From Piromyces finnis finn (taxonomy: Eukaryota; Fungi; Neocallimastigomycota): a stretch of 64,000 nt of DNA. Positions 54,898 to 64,000 of the stretch are shown piece after piece. How positions within the stretch are numbered: the stretch's first letter is position 1; the number at the start of each line of letters is the position of its first letter. A program made the translations under genes and the position numbers. Below the pieces are notes generated by a model that worked only from the letters and a program-made list of their open reading frames with translations, did not search any database and was not told the origin of the DNA. The DNA is taken from NCBI GenBank assembly GCA_002104945.1, contig MCFH01000037.1:477121-541120 (forward strand). Direction: 5' to 3'.

Positions 54898-57673
54898 TCT
54901 ATTTATGATATATAATATAATAAGATCTATCAAATTTAGTAAAAACTAAGCCAAGAACCTACTTAAATGCATTTAAAAAACAATTACAGACATTACGCAG
55001 TGATAAAGAATTCGAAAGAAATGAAACTTATAAAACACACTTGAAAAATTATTCCAATTGGCTTGCAGAATATCAAGGAAAGAATTATGACAAGGTAAAA
55101 TTATATATAAACATATAAATTAATATTTTAAATATGTTTTAAAAGTAACTTTAGTTAATAATAAAAAATGATTAAATATAATTTATTAAATACAATACAA
55201 AAAGGAAATTGAAATTCCTGGTCAATATGATGGTAAAAGTAATCCAAGGTTAAAAAAGCATAAAATGATTTCAATTTTCAATTCAAATATATTAGTACTA
55301 AATTCACTTAGAAAGCCAAAAAGATTAGAAATTATTGGTGATGATGAATCTCAGCATTTATTCCTTGTAAAGGTAATAACCAGTATATATATATATATTT
55401 TTTAGGTTTCTTTCTAAATAAATAATCATAATAATCAATTATTCCAATTTAATTTCATAGGGTGGTGAAGATTTAAGGTTGGATCAAAGAATTCAACAAT
55501 TATTCAATATAATGAATGATTTATTAATGAAAGAAGCTTATTGTAAAAAAAATAATATTAATATTAAGACATATAAAGTAATTCCCATGACCGGTTCTTT
55601 GGGTATTATTGAATGGGTTGTAAGTTTAATATTTTTTTTTAAAAAAAAAGATTAATAGAGCACGGATATTCTAGATGATTAATGTGTATTAATGTTAATG
55701 GATAATTAAAATTGATTTTATTTATCATATTTTATCTATAACAAAAAATAATCCTTAGCCTGATACCATATCCATTGGTAGTTGTGTTCAAGATATGTTG
55801 GAAGATAAAAATTTAATAACAAATTCTAGAAATAAATATTGTGATTGGGTTAATTCATTTTATAAAAGAGGAAATGGTTAGTTTTCCTTAATTACTATTT
55901 TAATAAACTAATATAGAAAAGAAAAAATAATTAATCTTTTTTTTTATTTATTTAATAAATATAATAGAAAATGTATTCCATACCATGTTTAAAAAAGCTA
56001 GTAGAGAAGATACCATTGAAAATTTAATAAAAATTGAAAATCAAATACCTAAAAGACTTATTAGTAAATATTTATTAAACATTATTAGAACACCTGATGT
56101 ATTTATTAAAATCAGAAATGAATATGCAAATTCACTTGCTGCTATATGTATTTGTTCTTATATACTTGGTGAGTATTTATTATTAATGACGTCTAATTAT
56201 TGTATGTTATAAAATTATTCCTAATCTATGATATATATATATATATATATATAGGTATTGGAGATCGTCACTTGGAAAATATTCTTATTAATAAAAATAG
56301 GTAATTTAAAAGAATATATATATAATACATATAATATATATTTGTATATATGATGATCTGATAAATTCTCCTTATCGTTCGTGGAGGGAGAGATATTTGG
56401 ACCTTTAAGAGTTTATAACATAATATATTTATATATTTAATTTTATATTTATAACTCGATATATAATAATTATTTTATATATATTAATTTAGTGGACAAC
56501 TTATTGGTATTGATTTTGGACATGCATTTGGGTAAGTTTTATAGCTACACTAATATATTTTATATATTCCATACCATAAAATTAATTATTGATCTATTTA
56601 TTAAATATTTATTGAAAGAACTGCTACCGAAGTTTTAGCTATACCAGAAATGGTACCATTTAGATTAACATCTCAAATGGTAGAATGTCTTGATCCATTA
56701 GGTATATCTGTTTTATTAGAAATTCCAATGATTTATATACAAACAGGTAGAGAAATTCGAAAATTTTAATCTAAATATAGAAAAGATGAAAATAAATTAT
56801 AATCTTTTGATGAAAAATAAAATCTAAAAAAAAATATTCTTTGTAAAAGTTTTAAGAGAAAATAGTGAAATATTATTAAATGCCATGAGTATCTTTATTA
56901 ATGAGCCTTTATTGGATTGGAGAAACTTTGCCTTACGTCAAGCAAAACAACAAAGTAAACCATTTTTAATCAATTTATTATTCATTTAAAATTATCAATA
57001 CCAACTAATTTTTAATCGATTTATTATTCATTTAAAATTATCAATACCAACTAATTTTTAATTATATTTATTATTCATTTAAAATTATCAATACCAACTA
57101 ATTTTTAATCGATTTATTATTCATTTAAAATTATCAATACCAACTAATTTTTTAATTATAAAGAAATTTCTTCTAAAGAAGAAGAACAATCGTTGAATGC
57201 AAAAGAACCACCAAAATGGTATCCTAAACAAAAATTAAGTATTGCTGAAAGAAAACTTAGAGGAGAAAACCCATCAAGTAAATATAGATCATGTCATACC
57301 TAAACTTTTATCCCAATAATTTTCTTTTATTAAGATGAAATATAAAAAAAAACCCCTCAATTAAACCAAAAATTATATGGATTATATTAATTATTTTATT
57401 CTTTTACAATAATAAATATTATGATTTTCATTAGATATTTTAATTACAGAACTGGAAAATGGACATGGTAATACAAACTTTTTACGTTATTTAAAAGAAA
57501 TTGTTAAAGGTGATCAAAGATATAATATAAGAGCACAACCAGAATATAATGAAGTTAATGATGAAGGTAGTAACATACTAAGCCCAATTCAACAAGTAAA
57601 ATGTTTAATTGATTTAGCAACAGACAAAAATATATTAGGAAGAGCATGGGTTGGATGGTCACCATTTGTTTAA
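38578..57673 (+). CDS. PRKDC: DNA-dependent protein kinase catalytic subunit (DNA-PKcs); about 65 exons, two AT-AC introns
   Basis: Collinear with human DNA-PKcs landmarks: KWDSEN..LDKLLPRILEL..RKVKIWACELLHS; NPFKRLGASLIFN; YKEGELPDIQIK; LFPRLLQLIE; EIPGQYDGK; FLVKGGEDLRLDQRIQQLF; GIGDRHLEN; IDFGHAFG..EMVPFRLT; WYPKQK; FATC CLIDLATDKNILGRAWVGWSPFV* (TAA 57671-57673). Frame continuity was checked manually across most junctions. Confidence 0.95.
41593..41667 (+). repeat. Coding (AAT)n repeat giving a poly-Asn tract of about 25 residues in the DNA-PKcs N-HEAT region
   Basis: In-frame AAT run inside ORF 41287-42069. Confidence 0.95.
46533..46626 (+). other. U12-type AT-AC intron 1 in DNA-PKcs
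   Basis: 5' ATATCCTTT, canonical branch TCCTTAAC (46602-46609), 3' ATAC. Phase-0 removal joins ILQ|IMYEYLP. Confidence 0.92.
54632..54743 (+). other. U12-type AT-AC intron 2 in DNA-PKcs
   Basis: 5' ATATCCTTT, branch TTCTTTAAC (54713-54721), 3' ATAC. Phase-1 removal gives NKAGTIYQKFSKKYKNELKKVFG (cf. human [22 protein letters not shown]). Confidence 0.87.
56355..56403 (+). ncRNA. Candidate structured intronic RNA (GC-enriched hairpin with UUCG loop)
   Basis: TCTCCTT (56367-56373) pairs with AGGGAGA (56385-56391) around a TTCG loop (56378-56381). A weaker basal stem is possible (GATCTGA/TTGGACC). The surrounding intron is almost pure A/T. Confidence 0.35.
56973..57160 (+). repeat. Four-copy 46/47 bp tandem repeat (2 x 93 bp higher-order unit) in a DNA-PKcs intron
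   Basis: Unit ATTTATTATTCATTTAAAATTATCAATACCAACTAATTTTTAAT followed alternately by CG and TAT; copies start at 56973, 57019, 57066, 57112. Confidence 0.95.
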
Positions 57674-58934
57674 TTTTTTTTTAATATCCATAAATTAAAC
57701 TTTTTCCATCTATTTATTATGGTTACACCAAATTGATTTATTCAAAAAAAAATTAATAAACAATTCATTTAAATATAAATTAAATTTTTACTTGTATCAT
57801 TAATAATTAAATATAAAAAAGTATTAAATCAATAAATATATAAAGTTGTCATGATAAACTTTTTTTTTTTTTTAAAAAAAAAGTTAGGATGACTCTTTAT
57901 TTTTTATGAAATTAATCATATGATGAATGACTATTGACATCTATTTTATATATAAAAAAGAAATTGAATTGGTGTAGAAAACATCAAGATTTCTTTTTAT
58001 TTATTTTCTATAATTTATCTTTATATAATTGCAATATCAATGATATTAAAGGATGATGGTGTAGGAAGAAGGGAACGTTAATTAAAACGGTCAACACAAT
58101 GTAAAAATAAAAATTGTAATTATAATTTGATTTAAAAAAAGTTTGAAATTTTATAAATAATTATTTTAAAAAATGGTTGAAATAATAAAATGGATTGTCC
58201 TAAACATATAGAGATCTATAGATATAGATAGTTTATATATATAAGTAAAAAAAAAAAAAAGAAAAGATTAATAGTTACTAAACCTTTTATAATGAGTAAT
58301 AAGTACTTTCATCATGAATAAAATTTTTAGTCACCTTTCACTTTTTCCTTTTTTAATTTTTAATTTATTGTATAATATATTAATAATTTATTAAAATGTA
58401 TATTATAATATATATAATTTATATACTGAGAGATATACTTTTTAATTTTTTAACCAATCCATTGTGTATAAATTTTTGAAATTGTCCAAAAGATGATATA
58501 AAAAATTTATATATATGATTATAATCTAATATATAATGGAATCATATTTTTAAATTAAAATTTAAATTAAAAAAATTTCATATTAAAATACAACAAGGAT
58601 TAAAAAAAAAAAAAATTTTTTTTTAAAGGAAAAAAAAAAAAAAAGCTTTTTTTATTCCTTTAATTTTTGTTAATTAGCTCATTTAATTTATATTAAAAAA
58701 AAGGTTTAATTTCAAATTAAAAAAAAAAAAAAAAAGAATATACATATATTAAAAATATTTATTCACTTAAATATATACATCTGTAGTATTGAAAATACAT
58801 ATATTTTATAATATATTTTCATACTTTTAAAATAATTATATTCATGAAAAAATAATTGGTATTATTATACCTACTCTATCAAAAACGAAAATCCCAATTA
58901 TAAATTCATATATTATTATATTTAAAAAAAAAAA

Positions 58935-61900
58935 ATGAATCAAACTCCAAGAAAAAATTCAAATAATAAAAACAATGATACAAAACAAAAAAAGCAAATG
59001 AGTATTATGTCTTTTTTTAATACTCCAAAAATAAAAAAAGTACAAGCTCAGGAAGTCACACCGGAATCAAATAATTTAGAGTCACCAAATACAAAGAAAA
59101 ATAATGAATATATTTTAAATAATATTAGCAATTTAAAAATCAATGAAAATACATTTTCCCCTCCCATTGAAAAAGATACGGTCAATGAAAATAAAAATGA
59201 TAACAAAAAGAAATTAAGTGAAGAAAAGAAAATCCATGAAATAAATAAAGATTCTGAGGATGAGGATGATATGCCAATAATGTATAAAAAAAAGGTATAA
59301 AGTTAAGAAAAATTATTAGTAAAATTATAAAGATTATAAATTTTAAAAAGAAAAACTACTTATTATTATATACATAATATATGTATTAATTGGGATAGGC
59401 AAAAAGAATAAAGATCGAAAATAATGATATAGAAACACCAAAAGTTGAAAATAATATTAATAATGAAGGTATATATAAAAAATAATAAAAATTAGTAGTT
59501 TTACAATAACTATAGTAATTAATATTTATTATTTAAATTTTAAATATAAAAGATGATGACGACGAAGACGATGATTTACCAATAAGACCACTTAAGAACT
59601 TAAGAAGAGGAACACAAAGAAAAAGAATTAGTTATAAAGAAAGTGATAGTGAGGATTCGGGAAATGATGATAGCGATGAATATATACCAAAAAAGGAAGA
59701 ATCAGGTAAACTAAAATCTAAAATTAAAATTATTTTTAAAATTTATTACCTCCTTTTATTTTTTCTTAAAAAATGCTTTTACTTAAAAAAAAATAGAGTA
59801 TATATATAAAAATAAATTTACAATTAATCATTTCTATTATTTATTATCAATTTTCATAAATAATTATTAATATTAAAAAAATTGTCTAAAAAAAATGAAT
59901 GAAATAATAAATATTACTTGCTATTAATTTTATTAATGAACTATCTACAATCTATCAATATTTTTAAAATAATTAATGAAATAATATATATATGTGATAA
60001 TTATAATTATTATATTAATAGATGAAGATGAATATAAAGATGACGTTGTTGAGGAGGAGGAACCGGAAACAGCATCAGAAAGTGATGATGATGTAGCATA
60101 TGAAGATATGAAAAAGAAATCAAGTAGAAAAATTAGTAAAAGCAGTAGTTCAAGTAGTATTTCAATAAAGAAAGATAGTTCATATAAAAGTCCAATAGAA
60201 AAATTAAGTGCTTTTAGATCCCCAAAAATGGCTAGTAAAACAAATTTATTTGGATTAAGTACACAACAAGAAAAACGTAAAGAAAAAGAAGAAAAATTTA
60301 AGGAGAAAAATGAGGATCGTTACAGTTGGTTAATGGATATTAGAGATGAAAATGGTAAAAGACCAGGTGAGGAAGATTATGATCCACGTACTCTATATAT
60401 TCCACCTGCAGCATGGAAAAAGTTCACACCATTTGAACGTCAGTATTGGGAAATTAAAGCAAAACATTGGGAAAAGGTTGTCTTTTTCAAAAAAGGTAAA
60501 TTCTATGAACTTTATGAAAAAGATGCTGATATAGGTCATCAAGAATTTGATTTAAAGATGACTGATCGTGTAAATATGAGAATGGTAGGTGTCCCAGAAG
60601 CTTCATTTGAACAATGGGCATCTCAATTTGTAGCAAAGGGTTACAAAGTTGCTAAAGTTGATCAAATGGAAACTGCATTGAAAAAAAGTATGAATGCTAG
60701 AAACTCTAAATCCAAGGAAGAAAAGGTTATTAAGCGTGAACTTGCACAAGTTTTAACTGCAGGTACATTAGTTGATTCCGGTTTCCTTACGAACGATATG
60801 AGTGCATATTGTGTAAGTATAAAAGAAGAATTACAACCTATAAATGGTGTGTCAGAATCATATATGGTTACAGAAGATCGTTCACCTCCAAAATTCGGTA
60901 TATGTATAGTTGATACTACCACAGCGACATTTAAATTCTCAACATTTGTTGATGATATAGACAGAACCCGATTTGAAACCCTTTTAATTCAATATAAACC
61001 AAAAGAAATTGTTATTGAACGTGGTGGTTTAAGTCAACGTACTATTCAAATGTTAAAAAGAATTGTAGGTAATAAGGATCAATGGAATGTTTTAATTCCA
61101 GAAAAAGAATTCTGGGGACCTGAAAAAACCGAAATGGAATTAAAAATCCAAGATTACTTCAAGAATTCTGATAAAAAAGAAAGCAGTGAAGATGTTGAAA
61201 TGAAAACAGAACAAGATGAATCAATGGATATTGATAATGATAAAAATAGAAATATTCCAGAAAATTGGCCAACTGTATTAAAGCAAGCCGCAAATGAACC
61301 AGTTCTTTTATCTGCTATTGGTGGTCTTTTATGGTATTTACAATCATTAAAAATTGATGTTGAACTTTTCTCCCTTAAAAACTTTAGTTTCTATGATCCT
61401 GTTAACGACGCTTCCAGTCTTATTTTAGATGGTCAAACATTAATGAATTTAGAAGTTTTCCAAAATAATGGTGATGGATCTACAGAAGGTACTCTTTTTG
61501 AACTTTTAGAACACTGTACCACACCGTTTGGTAAGAGACAATTCCGTAATTGGATTTGTCATCCTTTAAGAGATATTGATGCTATTGAAGACCGTTTGAA
61601 CGCATCGGATGATATGTTAAATATATATGTGGAAGAAAATAATTCAAGTTTAGTTGATTACATTGATACTATTTTAAGAAAACTTCCTGACTTGGAAAGA
61701 ATCATTAGTCGTATTCATGCTGGTTCTTGTAAGGTTAAAGAATTTATTCAATCCTTAAAAGCATTTACAATTATTATGGAACTATTTATTAATGTATTAA
61801 ATTCCCAAGTGGATCATTTAACCTCAAAAAGATTAAAGGAGATTGCTCAATTTGGCTTCTTTGATGTTTTAAAAGAAGAATTAATATGGTTCCAAAACGC

Positions 61901-63429
61901 ATTTGATTGGGAAAGAGCCACTAAAGATAATAACATTACACCAGTCGACGGTTATGATGAAACCTATGATCAAACAAAACAAGCCATTAAAGATATTGAA
62001 ATAGAACTACAAGATTACCTCCGTAAAATTCAAAAGAAATTGGGTTCCAAAGATATCGTCTATAAGGATTTGGGTAAAGAAATTTATCAAATTCAAGTAC
62101 CCAAGAGATTAGTAAAATCCGTTCCAAAGGATTGGATTCAAATGTCAAAGACTCAAGCTGTTAATCGTTATTATAATGCTAGTTTACGTGATGATATACA
62201 AAGATTAAATGAAGCTAAAGAATTATTTAATGATGCAGAAAGTGAAGTAAAACAACGCATATACCAAAGATTTGATGCTCATTATGATAAATGGCTTCAA
62301 GTAATTAAATTAGTAGCTGAAGTTGATTGTTTAGCTTGTTTAGCTCGTTGTCGTGAAGTTTTAGGTGAGCCTTCTTGTCGTCCAGAATTTGTAAGTACTC
62401 TTGATACAGAAATGACAGAAAGTAGTGTACTGGAACTTACGGAATTAAGACATCCATGTGTAAATGTTGGAGTAACCCAAGATTTTATTCCAAATGATAC
62501 CTATCTTGGAGGCGTCTACAATGAATTAGATGGTTCAATGGACACCGGTAAAGAAAGACCAAAACTTATTCTTTTAACAGGTCCAAATATGGGTGGTAAA
62601 TCTACACTATTACGTCAAACTTGTATAGCGGTAATCATGGCACAAATTGGTTGTTATGTACCAGCTAAAAAATGTCGTTTAACACCATTTGATCGTATTT
62701 TCACCAGAATTGGAGCAAATGATAATATTTTAGCAGGACAAAGTACATTTATGATTGAATTGGCCGAAACTTCAAAAATTTTAAAGGAAGCAACTCCAAG
62801 ATCACTTGTTATTTTAGATGAACTTGGTCGTGGTACAAGTACTTTTGATGGTTTCTCTATTGCCTATTCTGTATTAAATTATATTATTACTCAAGTTCGT
62901 TGTATTGGTTTATTTTCTACTCATTATGGTATGCTTACGGAAGAATACAAAAGCAATCCTTTAGTTGCCTGTAAATTTATGAGTTTCCATAGTGATGAAG
63001 AAAATCATGAAGTTATTTTCCTTTACAAGTTAACTGATGGTATTTGTCCAAAGAGTTATGGTATGAATGTTGCCAATATTGCCGGTGTTCCAAAGTCTAT
63101 TGTACTACAAGCTGAAACTGTTGCCGCAGAATTTGAAAAGAATTCCAAAATTCAAGAAGCAGAACTAACCACGTAAGTTTATATAAAAATAGGGATCAAA
63201 TATATATATTATTTATTTATTTATTTATTTATCTAAATTTTAAAAATAAAAAATCTAATTTTCTTTTTTTTTAACCTATTCATTTTCCAGTTCAAATGAT
63301 TTAACCATGATACATCAAGCTGATTTTGCCTATTTATTTAATTCAATCAAGTCTATAGATGATGCTAAAAATATTAATACTCAAATGGCAAAAACAATTA
63401 AATCTATTTATTGTTCATTACAAAAATGA
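58935..63429 (+). CDS. MSH6: MutS homolog 6 (mismatch repair); 5 exons
   Basis: N-terminal PIP box QMSIMSFF (58995-59018); YDPRTLYIPP; FFKKGKFYELYEKDA (Phe-X-Glu mismatch motif); Walker A LTGPNMGGKSTLLRQ; DELGRGTSTFDG; STHY; CPKSYGMNVA. Stop TGA at 63427-63429. Confidence 0.96.
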
Positions 63430-63844
63430 TTCAAAAAAAAAAAAAAAATATCAATACAAGAATTTTTTTTATTTTTATTTTTCTATAATAATTTATTTAT
63501 TTTTTAACGTATATACCACCACCACCTAAAATTCTTGGAAAGAAAGAAAGGAAAAAGGAAAAAAAAAAAAATAAAAAAAACTTATTATTTATTACTATTA
63601 TTATAAAATATGTATATAAATACTCAACGAATCCAATATATTTTTTTTATTATTATTTTCAATTTAAAAAAAAAAACACTATTATTTCTTATAATTTTTT
63701 TTTTTTTTTTACAACGCTATCGATAATAATTCCTATTAATTTCATTATACTTTTTTTTTTTTTTCTAACTATTTATAATTTTTTAAAAAAGGAAAAAAAA
63801 AAAAAAAAAAATAAAAATAAAAACGAAATCTCTAAAATATATCA

Positions 63845-64000
<156 letters not shown>

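Noticed and set aside
56973-57160. Direct repeats that superficially resemble a CRISPR array
   Set aside because: The units are contiguous with no unique spacers, lie in a eukaryotic intron, and there are no cas genes.

Overview
Extremely AT-rich, intron-dense eukaryotic DNA. Composition and gene content suggest an early-diverging fungus, most likely an anaerobic gut fungus (Neocallimastigomycota); this is inference. Eleven protein-coding genes can be reconstructed by walking exons manually. In order: BZZ1-like F-BAR/C1/SH3 protein (-, 3' end runs off the window), XLF/Nej1 (+), an orphan single-pass membrane SH3 protein (-), SAP30BP/HCNGP (-), TM9SF3-like (+), two tandem Sec1/Munc18 paralogs (-), Sct1/Gpt2-type glycerol-3-phosphate acyltransferase (+), gamma-tubulin complex protein GCP5 (-), an apparently complete DNA-PKcs of about 65 exons (+) and MSH6 (+). 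The most striking feature the ORF track misses is three AT-AC minor-spliceosome (U12-type) introns: two in DNA-PKcs and one in GCP5, which are a head-to-head pair. Each is required to restore the reading frame. Other points of interest are co-location of XLF, DNA-PKcs and MSH6, an asymmetrically diverged Sec1 duplicate, a UUCG-capped intronic hairpin and a tandemly amplified branch-point region. I found no rRNA, tRNA, CRISPR array or recognisable transposon. Exon boundaries were read by eye and not checked against RNA data.
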